DNA from: Gammaproteobacteria bacterium
Lineage (GTDB): Bacteria > Pseudomonadota > Gammaproteobacteria > GCA-002705445 > GCA-002716945
Assembly (NCBI GenBank): GCA_038142325.1
Contig: JAYQJW010000002.1
Span: forward strand, 651,328-715,327
Length of the DNA stretch: 64,000 nt
Direction of reading: 5' to 3'
Shown: piece after piece, positions 26,230-38,133 of the stretch
Numbering within the stretch: position 1 is the stretch's first letter
Layout: the number at the start of each line of letters is the position of its first letter
The notes under the pieces: model-generated
What the model was told of the DNA's origin: nothing
The model's input: only the letters and a program-made list of their open reading frames with translations
Database searches by the model: none
Program-made: the position numbers and the translations under genes

Positions 26230-27349
26230 TGTATAAATCTCTTTTTCTAAGGTTAAAATTATTTTTATTATCGTTTATTCGATCAAGAATTGATGGAACA
26301 GAGTTAGGAGTTGAAGACTGGATATCTTGATTTGGATTCGAGCGATTTTGATTTCTGTTAATAAGCTGATCAAGTGGGAGATACATCATATTATTTCCAC
26401 CTTCTATATCAACCATGACTTTACTACTATTCGACAAGACTGACTCCACAGCCTCCAGATAAAGTCTCTCTTTTGTAACACTTGGTGCTTTTTTATACTC
26501 ATTGTAAAGTTGAGTAAACCTTGAGGCTTCACCCTCTGCAGCATTTATTAATTTTACTTTGTATGCAATCGCTTGTTCAAGCATTTGTTTTGCCTTACCG
26601 CGTGCTAAAGGTATAATTTCATTACGATAGGCCTCAGCTTCATTGATGTATCTTTGCTCATCTTCACGCGCTTTAATAGCATCCGAAAATGCATCTTGTA
26701 CTTGCTCAGGTGGTTGTGCTTCAAGAATATTTAAGGAAAGAATATTCACTCCAGCTCCATATGTATCTAAAACTATTTGAAGTAACTCTTTTGTATCTTC
26801 AGCTACTTTTGTTCTACCTTCAGTAATTATGAAATCCATGGTATTTTGTCCCATAACTTCTCTGATAGCACTTTCTCCAGACTGTGATACTGTTACCTCT
26901 GGATCTCTTAGATTAAAAATATAATCACTAGCATCCTTAATATCATATTGTATAGCAAAGCTGATACTGACTATGTTTTCGTCCTCTGTTAACATTACTG
27001 CTTTTTGTTGAACTGATCTTATATTACTTACATCAACAATCTCAACGGATTGAATAAATCTTGGAATCCAGTGAGGACCAGGCATAGTAATTTCTTTGAA
27101 ACTTCCGAATTGAAGAACTACACCTCTTTCACCATCATTTACAATGTATATTCCGGATAGGAAGTAAATAGCAAATATGATAGCTGCAAGAAAACCTGCA
27201 CTTTTTTTTGGTGATGGAGGAGTGGCTGATCCTGATGAGCCTAAAAGATCATCAAAAGTTTTTTTAAAATCCTTAAATACCCCATCTAAATTAGAGTTGT
27301 TTTTGTTTCTTCCCCACGGGTCTTTGTTTCCTGGTTCATTCCATGCCAT
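26222..27349 (-). CDS. hflK: Protease modulator HflK
   Basis: MAWNEPG..DPWG, MLTEDENIV, AFSDAIKARED, YLPLDQL. Confidence 0.96.
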   Translation of the reverse strand: MAWNEPGNKDPWGRNKNNSNLDGVFKDFKKTFDDLLGSSGSATPPSPKKSAGFLAAIIFAIYFLSGIYIVNDGERGVVLQFGSFKEITMPGPHWIPRFIQSVEIVDVSNIRSVQQKAVMLTEDENIVSISFAIQYDIKDASDYIFNLRDPEVTVSQSGESAIREVMGQNTMDFIITEGRTKVAEDTKELLQIVLDTYGAGVNILSLNILEAQPPEQVQDAFSDAIKAREDEQRYINEAEAYRNEIIPLARGKAKQMLEQAIAYKVKLINAAEGEASRFTQLYNEYKKAPSVTKERLYLEAVESVLSNSSKVMVDIEGGNNMMYLPLDQLINRNQNRSNPNQDIQSSTPNSVPSILDRINDNKNNFNLRKRDLYNE

Positions 27350-27421
27350 AAAAATTCTCCTGTGTAGATGATATACCATAGAATTATGTGCATCAATTCT
27401 ATATTTGTTAAATTTTGGAGA

Positions 27422-28344
27422 TTAAGCTAGTGATTTACTTATAAAGTCATGGAGGGCTTTATAATCTAATTCAGGATAATTATGATAATAGTCAACTTTG
27501 AATTTGTTGCGCCATGTGAGTTGTCGTTTAGCAAGTTGTTGAGTAGCAAGAGAAATTGAATTAACAAGATTATCAAGTTCAGTATTATTATCAAGGTAAG
27601 ACAGCACTTGCTTATATCCAATAGCTTTCATAGATTGATTTTCAAGTGTTAAATTATATTTTTGTTTAAGATTTTCGACTTCATCAATTAATCCAGATTT
27701 CAACATATGACTTGTTCGTTTGAATATATTTTTCTAAGCAGTTCTCTATCGCATATATTAATAAAAATTATCTTAATTGAAATATTTTTGTTTAAATAAA
27801 GTCCTTTATATTTTTTCTTATCATTATTTGGTGAAATTAATCTCTCTAATAATTTTTCAATACGATATTTATCATTTGGATTAATTTTATCATTGGATAT
27901 CTCTCTTCCATTAATTAATGATTCGTATATCTCAGGATACGTATATTTTTCTAGTATGTATGAGATAATTTTCTTGTCAGAATCAAGAATATTATAATCA
28001 TGTGAAAGTCCATTTAATAATTGATAAATATACATCATTGATCCGCCTGTTATTAATGGATACTTATCATTTGCAAAAACTTTATCAATAGAATCGACAG
28101 CATCAAAACAGTATTCAGATACGTTATAGTTCATATCTGGGTCTAACTTATTGAAAAGATAATGACGTGTGGATGAAAATTCATCAAGATTAGGTTTAGC
28201 TGTACCTATGTTCATTCCCTTGTATATCGAATACAAATCTGCATTTACTACCTCAAATGGAAAATCTTTTGTTAACTGTAAAGATATATTTGATTTTCCA
28301 GAGGCAGTTGGACCAATCAATAAAAAAATATTTTTAGTCATCAA
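27422..28344 (-). CDS. miaA: tRNA dimethylallyltransferase (indel near 27730)
   Basis: GPTASGKS, GMNIGTAKP, AIGYKQ, QLAKRQLTW. Confidence 0.93.
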
Positions 28345-28760
28345 TATCGACTGAAATTAATCTTTGCTCCGTTGATAACTTCGAGATAAATATCTATGTT
28401 AGATTTTATAATTTTACGTGGAATTATCTCAGGCCATTCTATAAAATGAAGAGTATTAATTTCAAGATTATTATAAAAACCTATCTCATCTAGTTCTGAA
28501 CTATTATTTATTCTATATAAATCATAATGATATATATGTTTATCTTCAACTAAGTACGAATTAATAATCCCAAATGTAGGACTACTTGTATTATTAAAAT
28601 TATACAAATATTTTAGTAGCTCTTTAACTAAAAATGTTTTACCAGAGCCTAAGTTTCCTTTTAGGAATATAATTTTTTTAGAGTCAAAATTCATATTTAA
28701 GAATTCAAATAGGTGATGATAATCACAAGCTTGAGTTATTAAATAATTCTTTATTGTCAT
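28341..28760 (-). CDS. tsaE: t6A biosynthesis ATPase TsaE
   Basis: GNLGSGKT, SPTF, HYDLYR, IEWPE. Confidence 0.93.
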   Translation of the reverse strand: MTIKNYLITQACDYHHLFEFLNMNFDSKKIIFLKGNLGSGKTFLVKELLKYLYNFNNTSSPTFGIINSYLVEDKHIYHYDLYRINNSSELDEIGFYNNLEINTLHFIEWPEIIPRKIIKSNIDIYLEVINGAKINFSRY

Positions 28761-30208
28761 TAGTTAGTAATCTTATTATACAAATCAGGAATCATAGAGG
28801 GTAGATAATTCTTTATCCTTGATTGGTATAATAAGCAATCAGCGGCGTATGAGTGAAATGTTGTGGCCTTAAGACATGCTCTATAACTATCTTGATTTGA
28901 AGACATTTCGTATAAAAGCAGACCTGACAATGTATCTCCCATACCTGCAACACTCATCCTGTGATTACCATCCATGCAAGTGATATATTGTTCGCCATCA
29001 TAAATTATAGTCCCAGAACCTTTTAAGATTACTATACAGTTATAGTAGTCATGTAATAATTTAGCTGCCTCATATCTATTGTCTTGAATATCCTTAGTGT
29101 CAACATTTAATAGGTATGCAGCTTCACCAGGATGTGGTGTGATGATAACTTGATTTTTCAAATATATGTTTTTTTTAAGCGCCTTTAAAGCTCCTGCATC
29201 AACAATGACAGAATCTATTTTATTAAGATTATTCATAATCACATCTAGATAGTCATTATTTAATTCTTTCATTCCTGGTCCTATAAGTATATTTTTATAA
29301 TTACTTATATTTTTTTCGAAATCATTTAGTGAAAATTGTTTAGCAATTACTTCAGGCATAATCATAGGTAATGAATGAGCATACTCATCCTCTGTATAGA
29401 CTTCAAGATACTTGCATCCAGCTTTCATTGCAGCGGCAACAGACAACAACATTGCTCCATGATATGGTTGTTGTCCTGATATAATACAACTTATTCCATT
29501 TGATTTTTTGTGTATAGATTCAGCTTTAGTTGATTTAAATTCTTTTGCGTATGAGTAACCATTGAATTTTGGATTTGCAGAAACAAGAATATTTTCAGAT
29601 TTTATTGTATGGACATTTAAATCAGAGTAGTAAATATCTTTCCAAGTGTCTCTTCCAAAATTAGTAAACACTCCTCTTTTATATGACAATAGAGATATAA
29701 GTAAGTTACATTTAATGCTTACTGGAGATAGACTGCCGGTTTCTGGATTCAATCCACTAGGAACATCAATAGATAATATAAATGAATTAGATGAATTGAT
29801 CTTATTGATAAGTTGTATGATATCTTGGTTTAGTAATCTATTTAAGCCGTACCCAAACATACAATCAATGATGCAATCATATCTGTCACAATCAAAATCT
29901 TTAATAAGATGCTCGCCTAGACCAAGCTCATGGATTAATTGATGGTGTTTATCATTTATTAGATGTAGTTCAACATTAAATTTATGCTTTAATAATTTGT
30001 ATGCTGAATAAATACCATCAAGTCCGTTAGAACCAGGCCCACATACAAATATTATTTTATCTTTAACTGAAAACTTGGTTGTAATAATTTTACATATATA
30101 ATCGGATGCTTTATCAATCAGCTGATTGTCGTTTCTTAATGTATTCTCATTCTCTATGTCTTTAATTTCTTGACAAGAAATATCAGAGTGAAAATATATT
30201 TTAGACAT
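28760..30208 (-). CDS. nnr: Bifunctional NAD(P)H-hydrate epimerase/dehydratase
   Basis: VCGPGSNGLDG, DVPSG, IGPG, VDAGAL, TPHPGEA, AGMGDTLSG. Confidence 0.9.
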   Translation of the reverse strand: MSKIYFHSDISCQEIKDIENENTLRNDNQLIDKASDYICKIITTKFSVKDKIIFVCGPGSNGLDGIYSAYKLLKHKFNVELHLINDKHHQLIHELGLGEHLIKDFDCDRYDCIIDCMFGYGLNRLLNQDIIQLINKINSSNSFILSIDVPSGLNPETGSLSPVSIKCNLLISLLSYKRGVFTNFGRDTWKDIYYSDLNVHTIKSENILVSANPKFNGYSYAKEFKSTKAESIHKKSNGISCIISGQQPYHGAMLLSVAAAMKAGCKYLEVYTEDEYAHSLPMIMPEVIAKQFSLNDFEKNISNYKNILIGPGMKELNNDYLDVIMNNLNKIDSVIVDAGALKALKKNIYLKNQVIITPHPGEAAYLLNVDTKDIQDNRYEAAKLLHDYYNCIVILKGSGTIIYDGEQYITCMDGNHRMSVAGMGDTLSGLLLYEMSSNQDSYRACLKATTFHSYAADCLLYQSRIKNYLPSMIPDLYNKITN

Positions 30209-30210
30209 TA

Positions 30211-31101
30211 CTAAAATATATTAGCGCGAGAGAAGTATTCTATAGATGATTTGATAATATTATTTAATATATCATTATCCCTATTATACTTTTGAAGTGG
30301 AATATTATCGTATCTCTCAGTTTTAAGATCATAAATTGAGGATATTCCATCAATTAATCCTAGATTTTTAGCTTCAACACCAGTATAAAATAATCCTGAA
30401 TATATAGATTCATCTTTTGCCAATCTATTTTTTCGTGACTGTTTGAGATCATTAATAAATTGTAAGTGTATCTGATCAGTTAATTTTTTAACATGTTTGT
30501 ACTGATTTGAAGTCAACTCATGAAACGGATCTAAAATAAGCTTGTTATCTCCAGAATAAATTGTTCTAGATTTAATACCAAGTTTATTAAAAAAACTTCT
30601 TACATCGTAACTGTCAAGTCTTACCCCTATTGATCCTACAATACTCGTTTCTGACGCAAATACCTCATCAGCTGCCATAGCTATGTAATATCCACCAGAT
30701 GCACCAACATCTTCAATGATAGAAATAATATCTTTGTTTATATCTTTTTTTAATTTCTTTATCTCATCGAAAATTATTTTTGATTGTGTAGCGCTACCTC
30801 CTCCACTATTAACTTTTATTACTATAGCTTTAGAATTTTCATTAGAACTTGCTTTCTTCAATAGTGGAACAATTATATCTGCACTCGATGATGTTTCAGA
30901 GGCAATCAGGCCATTAATTTCAATTACCGCAATATGTGGTTGGCTAAAATTTATATTTTTAGAAATTGGTAAAATCAAAATTGCAAAAACAAAAAACAAA
31001 ATAAAGATTATTCTAAATATAATTTTATTTCTATAATCGCGTTTTCGCTCTGATATTAAAGTATTAACAATATCATTTAATGTTTTATTATCGTCAGACA
31101 T
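30211..31101 (-). CDS. sppA: S49 family signal-peptide peptidase
   Basis: VNSGGGS, GASGGYYIA, VGSIGV, LGLIDG. Confidence 0.88.
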   Translation of the reverse strand: MSDDNKTLNDIVNTLISERKRDYRNKIIFRIIFILFFVFAILILPISKNINFSQPHIAVIEINGLIASETSSSADIIVPLLKKASSNENSKAIVIKVNSGGGSATQSKIIFDEIKKLKKDINKDIISIIEDVGASGGYYIAMAADEVFASETSIVGSIGVRLDSYDVRSFFNKLGIKSRTIYSGDNKLILDPFHELTSNQYKHVKKLTDQIHLQFINDLKQSRKNRLAKDESIYSGLFYTGVEAKNLGLIDGISSIYDLKTERYDNIPLQKYNRDNDILNNIIKSSIEYFSRANIF

Positions 31102-32008
31102 AATTCTCTAATGTAGATAGTACTTCTTTTAAATCATCAGGTAAATCAATAGTAAAATTATATTGCTCATTGAAATAAAATGAAAGATTAAAAGAATGAA
31201 GAAATAACCTATTAAGGCCTATCAATTTATTCTTAGCGTTATATTCTTGCGTAATATATTTTTTATCACCTGCTACAGGGTGTCCTATAGATGCTGCATG
31301 AGCTCTGATTTGATGAGTTCTTCCGGTTTCTATCTCAATTTCAACTAAACTATAATCTCTAAATTTTTTGATCAATGTGATTTTACTATAAGCATCTTTC
31401 CCATTATCAACACTAATCACCATTTTTCTCAAATGAGAGTCTTTTGTTATTTTAGATTCTATTTCAATGATATCTTTCTTTGGATGCCCGCATAACAGAG
31501 CATAATATTTTTTTCTTAATTTCCCTTTCTCCAAATATTTTCCCAGATGTGATGCGGTGTGATAGTTTTTTGCAACAAGTAGACAACCAGAGGTATTTTT
31601 GTCTAATCTATGTACAAGCGTGAGATTGTTATTTTCTAGACTTAATTTGAGTGATGAGAGAAAATCAGTTTTTTGATTAGTACCGCCATGAACTGCAATC
31701 CCGCTTGGTTTATTTACCAATATAAAATTCTCATTTTCATATTCTATGTATGATTCACTATCAGATATAATTTTCTTTGAAATAAATTGATTTTTATGGA
31801 TATTTGGTGGAATTCTTACAATATCATTTGACTTTATCCTATAGGACACCTTACTGCGTTTTTTATTAACCCTCACTTGCCCACTTCTAACAAATTTGTA
31901 GATTAGACTTTTTGGGATACCTTTAAGTTTTTTGATCAGAAAATTATCTAGTCTTTGACCGCTTGAATCCTCATTTATATTAAAAATATTAGAATTTTTT
32001 ATATTCAT
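31094..32008 (-). CDS. rluC: 23S rRNA pseudouridine synthase (RluC type)
   Basis: GQRLDNFL S4 domain, NKPSGIAVHGG, HRLDKNTSG, TGRTHQIR; divergent from rne. Confidence 0.92.
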   Translation of the reverse strand: MNIKNSNIFNINEDSSGQRLDNFLIKKLKGIPKSLIYKFVRSGQVRVNKKRSKVSYRIKSNDIVRIPPNIHKNQFISKKIISDSESYIEYENENFILVNKPSGIAVHGGTNQKTDFLSSLKLSLENNNLTLVHRLDKNTSGCLLVAKNYHTASHLGKYLEKGKLRKKYYALLCGHPKKDIIEIESKITKDSHLRKMVISVDNGKDAYSKITLIKKFRDYSLVEIEIETGRTHQIRAHAASIGHPVAGDKKYITQEYNAKNKLIGLNRLFLHSFNLSFYFNEQYNFTIDLPDDLKEVLSTLENYV

Positions 32009-32022
32009 TTAATTAAATTAGT

Positions 32023-32051
32023 TTGATGATAATGGCTATCATTGCTATATT
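32023..32051 (+). promoter_or_regulatory. Sigma70-type promoter upstream of rne
   Basis: TTGATG-17 nt-TATATT with extended TGn, about 150 nt upstream of the ATG. Confidence 0.55.
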
Positions 32052-32199
32052 AGTGTTTTATAAAGTTCAAATGTATCAACATAAGCATTTATTTTAGAAA
32101 ATAAGTATATTAAGTATACAAGCGCTTGAGAAAAAATTAATGAAATGCGCTAAAAATTGACAAAAAATTACATAATAAAAATGATAAAAAGGATTCACA

Positions 32200-34010
32200 A
32201 TGAAAAAAATATTACTCAATGCCTCTCAAAAGGAAGAGGTGAGACTTGCTGTTGTAGAGAACAACAAACTTACAGATTTAGACATAGACTTTCCATCGAG
32301 GAATATAAAATCAAACATATATAAAGGCGTTATATCCAGGGTTGAACCAAGTCTAGAAGCAGCATTTATTAATTTTGGAAGAAAGAGGCACGGCTTCCTT
32401 CCTTTCAAAGAAATCTCACCTGAAATATTTACTAATTCGAATAAGACATCACGTGACTGTTTAGAATCTGGAAAGGAAATAATAGTTCAAGTCGACAAAG
32501 AAGAGCGAGGCAACAAAGGGGCTGCGTTAACAACATATCTAAGTCTAGCTGGAAAGTATCTTGTTCTTCTTCCTAAGAATCCTTCAACTGGAGGAATATC
32601 TAGAAGAATTGAGGGTGAAGATAGATCTAAAGCAAAAAAGCTTATGGAAAGTCTTGATGTACCCGAGGGTATGAGCGTTATATTAAGAACTTCTAGCTTA
32701 GATTCATCTGAAGATTCTATTAAGTGGGATATTGATTACTTAATACAAATATATGAATCAGTTCTAGAAACATCTGTCCAGCAAGACGCGCCATTTCTCA
32801 TTTATCAAGAAAGCAGCATGATGGCAAGATTGATAAGAGATTATTGTGATGAAACTGTAGATGAAATTTTTATAGATGATAAAATTTTTCATGATAATTT
32901 CATAAATGCTAAAAAACTTTTTCTACCACATCATGACGTAAAGACTGAGTATCATTCTGATTTAACACCCATATTTAGTAAACACAAAATAGAAAAACAA
33001 GTTCAAACAGTTTACAAAAGAAATATTAATTTACCTTCAGGTGGAAATATTGTTATCGATTCGACCGAAGCCCTAGTAAGTATAGATGTTAATTCTGCTC
33101 GTTCTACTAAAGGAAGTGATATTGAAGAAACAGCATTGAACACAAATATTGAAGCAGCAATAGAAATATTGACTCAATTAAAATTGAGAGATATAGGAGG
33201 TCTAGTTGTAATTGATTTTATTGATATGATGTCAATAAATTCTCAAAAAATGTAATGCGAAAAGTAGCAGAATATGCAAAAAAGGATAAAGCCAAGGTTC
33301 AATTCGCAAGGATTTCTAAATTTGGTTTAATGGAATTATCAAGACAAAAACTAAAGTCATCTATAATTCAAAATAATTATGAGAACTGTCCAACTTGTGA
33401 TGGAACTGGACAAATTAAATCTTTATCATCTCAAGCTATATCACTCTTAAGAATTATTGAAGAGGAAGCAATTAACAGTAAAGATAAAGAAACTGTATAT
33501 CTACCTGTAAGACTAGCCACATATCTTTTAAATGAGAAAAAAGATGTCATAAAGAATATTGAATCAAGACATAATGTTGAAATTAAAATTGTTCCTGACC
33601 CAGATCTAGAAGCATCGAGTTTTGAGATTGATAATGAAGGCCTTAGTGAATCTGAGTTTAAAAATAAGTTAAAAAATCATTCGAGAGATAATAGAAAAAA
33701 AAGAAATGATGAATCTACTGATGGGATTATTATTCAAGATAAAGAAGTAGCATTAATGTCTGCTGTTGCCCCTAAAACAAAACCACCAAAGCCAAGAACT
33801 CATAAGACAAAAGAAGATATTAATAAGCCAAGCATCTTTAGAAGATTCTTGAATATCCTTTTTGGCACAAAAGAAAAGTCTGATAATAAAAATAAAAGAC
33901 CAAGACGATATTATAGTAAAAATAGAAGATACAACAAGAATTTCAAATATAATAAATTTAAATCCAATAATAAGAGAAACTTTTCAGATAATAAAAATAA
34001 TAAAAATTAG
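32200..34010 (+). CDS. rne: Ribonuclease E, short C-terminal scaffold (indel near 33250)
   Basis: EPSLEAAF, RHGFLP, ERGNKGAALTT, DVNSARSTKG, LRDIGGLVVIDFIDM, CPTCDGTG. Confidence 0.95.
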
Positions 34011-34016
34011 TTACAA

Positions 34017-35324
34017 GTGTTAAAAGTTATAACTAGATTATTTATCATTAGCATCTCATTACTAATCATTTATATTATATTCTCTAATGTACAGTTCACA
34101 TCTCTTGATAATTTTAATAAGAAAAAAAATATATTTGTAAAATTTCAAGAGTTTCCTGAATTTGCTCTGCCAAATAAAGAGCAAAAAACAGGATATCAAT
34201 ATGAATTAGCAATACATTATTTGGATAGATTAAACAAAAAGCTTCTTGTAGCTGAAAATGATAATTTAGATATTAACATTTATTATACGAGTAATGTTTG
34301 TGATGACTGTGTAGTAATAAAGAACGAAGACTTATTATTAATTGGTACAGAGAGTAATCCTGATAAATATGTTGAAACTACTAGATCATTAAATAATATA
34401 TCTTATGAAACACTTCTAAAAAATGGCTATAACATAAGTTTTACTAATGAATCAATTGATGAATTAATAGAAGATATAAATAATGGATTGATATCGAATA
34501 TTTTAATAAGCAGAAGTACATATCTATTCTATAAAAAGTATTTTCCTAATTTGAAAATTAGAGATATTGTTTCAAACATTCATCTAGTTTGGGAATTTGT
34601 TGATGATGATGGAACATTAAAGGAGGATTTTTAAAATATATAAAATCTAAAAACACAAAAGATTTTATTGCTAATCTAGAATCAAAATATTACTCAAAAA
34701 ATAGTATTTCTTCATATATATTCATTGGGTCAAGAATATTTATTACTGATATGATTACTAAACTTCCACAATATGAGCTTACTTTCAGAGAAGTGTCTAA
34801 ATTTCATAACCTTGATTGGAAACTTCTAGCAGCTATCGCTTATCAAGAATCTAAATGGGATAATCAAGGCTGTCTCACCGACTGGTGTAAGAGGATTAAT
34901 GATGTTAACAAAAAATACAGCAAAAATGCTGAAAGTTGATCGACTTAATCCAAATGAAAGCATTGAGGGAGGAGCTAGATATTTAAAATCTTTGTTAAGC
35001 AAATTTTCAAAATTTAATCAAACTACTAGAGTTCATTTAGCATTAGCAGCATATAATCTTGGTCCTGGGCATGTGGATGATATTTTATTATTAGCTACAA
35101 GAGATAATAAAAATATAGATGATTGGAAAATATTAAAGAATTATTTGCTTAAGTTGAGTCAAAAAAAATTCTATCTCAATATGAAGTATGGATATGCCAG
35201 AGGATGGGAAGCAGTTCAATATATTGAAAATGTGAAACAATATTATGATATAATTACTTTTCTTGATAATAAAGATAAACAAATTAAAGATAATATATTT
35301 GATGAGGCTCCAAAAACATTATGA
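34017..35324 (+). CDS. mltF: MltF-like lytic transglycosylase (two indels; divergent N-terminal domain)
   Basis: [47 protein letters not shown]. Confidence 0.85.
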
Positions 35325-36130
35325 CAAAAAATGATTTAATTAACGATGCATTCGATAACGGGTTAAATGATAACAATAAAAGTGATGTTGATGCCGCTGT
35401 AAAAGAAATAATATCAAGTATTGATAAAGGTATTATAAGAGTTGCAGAAAACCATAATGGTGAGTGGTCAGTTAATGAAACTGCAAAAAAAGCAATACTT
35501 CTATCTTTCAGGTTAGGGCAAAATAAATTAATAGATACTAGTTATACTAAGTTTTTTGATAAAGTAGATTCAAAGTTCTCTCATACATCAGAAGGATATC
35601 TTAAAGAAAATAATATAAGAATAGTGCCACAAGCTATTGCACGATATGGATCATTCATTGATAAAAATGTTGTATTAATGCCCTCTTTTATAAATATTGG
35701 CGCATATGTAGGTGAAGGAACTATGGTTGATACTTGGGCTACAGTTGGTTCATGTGCGCAAATCGGATCCAACGTTCATTTATCTGGTGGAGTTGGAATC
35801 GGAGGAGTTCTTGAGCCTTTACAAGCATCACCAACAATTATTGAGGATAACTGTTTCATAGGCGCCAGATCGGAAGTTGTGGAGGGTGTAATCGTTAGAA
35901 AAAATTCTGTTATATCGATGGGTGTATTTATTGGAAAAAGTACAAAGATATATGATAGAGAAACACAAACCGTTTCGTATGGTGAAATCCCTGAAGGATC
36001 TGTTGTTGTCTCAGGATCTTTGCCATCTAAGGATGGCACATGTAATCTTTATTGCGCTGTAATTGTTAAGAAAGTTGATGAAAAGACTTTAAGCAAGGTT
36101 GGGATTAATGAAATTTTGAGAGAAGCTTAA
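35321..36130 (+). CDS. dapD: Tetrahydrodipicolinate N-succinyltransferase
   Basis: [33 protein letters not shown]. Confidence 0.97.
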   Translation: MTKNDLINDAFDNGLNDNNKSDVDAAVKEIISSIDKGIIRVAENHNGEWSVNETAKKAILLSFRLGQNKLIDTSYTKFFDKVDSKFSHTSEGYLKENNIRIVPQAIARYGSFIDKNVVLMPSFINIGAYVGEGTMVDTWATVGSCAQIGSNVHLSGGVGIGGVLEPLQASPTIIEDNCFIGARSEVVEGVIVRKNSVISMGVFIGKSTKIYDRETQTVSYGEIPEGSVVVSGSLPSKDGTCNLYCAVIVKKVDEKTLSKVGINEILREA

Positions 36131-38111
36131 GCAATTCTTTTTCATATATAATTTTTATTCCGTAATCTTTCGCTTTATTAAATTTGCTGCCAGGATTATC
36201 ACCACAGATTAATAAATTAGTATTTTTTGAGATACTACTTGTTATTTTATATCCACTAGACTCTAATGTATCTACTAATTCAGATCTTGAATATTTATTA
36301 AATGTCCCTGTTATTACAGCATTAGTCAATTTCTGACTTTTAGTAGCTTTCTCATAAATTATATTTATTCCATGAGAAATAAGATTTTTGATATTACTCT
36401 TATTATCTTTATCATCCAAATAAGTGATTATATTTTTTGCAACAATAGGTCCAACATCATTAATTTCTATTAGTGTTTCAAATTTACAATCAAGAAATTC
36501 ATAGATAGAATTAAATTTTTTAGCAATAGATTTAGATGACGATTCTCCAACTTCTTGGATTCCTAAAGCATATATAAATTTATTGAACATAACATTTTTT
36601 GCTAAATTAATGGAAGTTAGATAATTGTTAATCGATTTATCACCAACTCTATCAAGTTTTTAAAATCATCTTTGTTTAGTTTGAATAGGTCAGCAGAAGA
36701 TTTAATTATTTTTTTAGAAATCAATTCTTTAATGATTTGATTACCAATACCTTGAATATTCATTGCTTTTCTAGAAATAAAATGAATTATTGATTGTTCA
36801 ATTTGAGGGGTACAACCTTTATTATTCATGCACTTAAAAGCAACTTGATTATCAATTTTAGAGAGTATGCTATTACAACTTGGACATTTTTTAGGAGGAA
36901 TTATCTTTTTTGTTATTTTTCTTTTATTTAACTCAACTCTATCTATATCGGGTATAACGTCACCAGCCCTTTTTACATAAACAAAGTCATTTATATTAAT
37001 ATCCTTTGCTTTAATCTCTGAAAAATTATGGAGAGTGGCCCTAGAGACATTAACGCCACCAATATTTACGGGTTCAAGCTCAGCCACAGGCGTGATGGTT
37101 CCTGTTCTCCCAACCTGAAAAGTAACATCCAAAATTTGTGTCATCGCTTCTAGAGATTTAAACTTATAAGCTATGGCCCATTTAGGTGATTTACTTGTAT
37201 AGCCAAGCTTACTGTAATACTGTAACTCATTAACCCTATAAACTAAACCATCGATATCATAGGGGATCTTATGTCTGTCAGAATTCATCTGATCGAAATA
37301 ATTATATGATTCATTAATATTTTTTACTACTTTAGAATAGTTATTAATTGGGAATCCAATCTTTTGTAAATGATCCATCAATTTACTATGAGTTTTATAA
37401 TTTAAAAAACTTGATGGATCAGAAACTCCATGTATGAACAATCTTAGTTTTCTAGAACTTGCTATAGCGGGATCTAGTTGTCTAACACTCCCAGCTGCAA
37501 GATTGCGTGTATTGGAATACACTTTTTTATTAGTTTTTTTTAATTCTTGATTAATAGATATAAAATCTTTTTTATCTATAAATACCTCACCTCTTAATGA
37601 AAATCTTTTTGGAAGATGAGTGTTATCTATAGTCAGAGGAAGAGATTTAATTGTTTTTACATTTAGGGTTACATCTTCACCAATAAAACCATCGCCTCTT
37701 GTGGTGGCATTAACATATTTACCATTTTCATATGATATGCTGACTGCAAGTCCATCAAACTTAGGTTCTGCAAATAAATTTATAGAAGAAAGACTTATGC
37801 TTGATAATAATTTTGAATAAAAGTCTTCAAAATCATTTTGAGAAGTTGCATTTGAAAGTGATAACATAGGTTTGTCATGTTTTTTTTTATCAAAACTACT
37901 TAATAAATCAGAACCAACTCTCTGAGTGGGAGAATCACTAGTAATTATTTTAGGATTTTCGGATTCAATGTTTTTGAGCTCATTATAAAGTTCATCATAT
38001 TTCAAAGTCAGATATACTTGGTGAATCATATGTATGATAAAGTAGATTGTGTTGATTAATAATTTTTATTAACTTCTGATATCTTTCGTTAAGTCTCTTT
38101 GCGCTATTCAT
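36105..38111 (-). CDS. ligA: NAD-dependent DNA ligase (two indels)
   Basis: SPTQRVG, EPKFDG, TRGDG, RATLHN, Zn finger, C-terminal BRCT; ATG at 38111. Confidence 0.95.
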
Positions 38112-38133
38112 ATTTATTTTAAATTTAATTCTT

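Noticed and set aside
32052-32199. Riboswitch or structured rne leader
   Set aside because: Only a short palindrome (CAAGCGCTTG) in AT-rich sequence; no recognisable RNA family.
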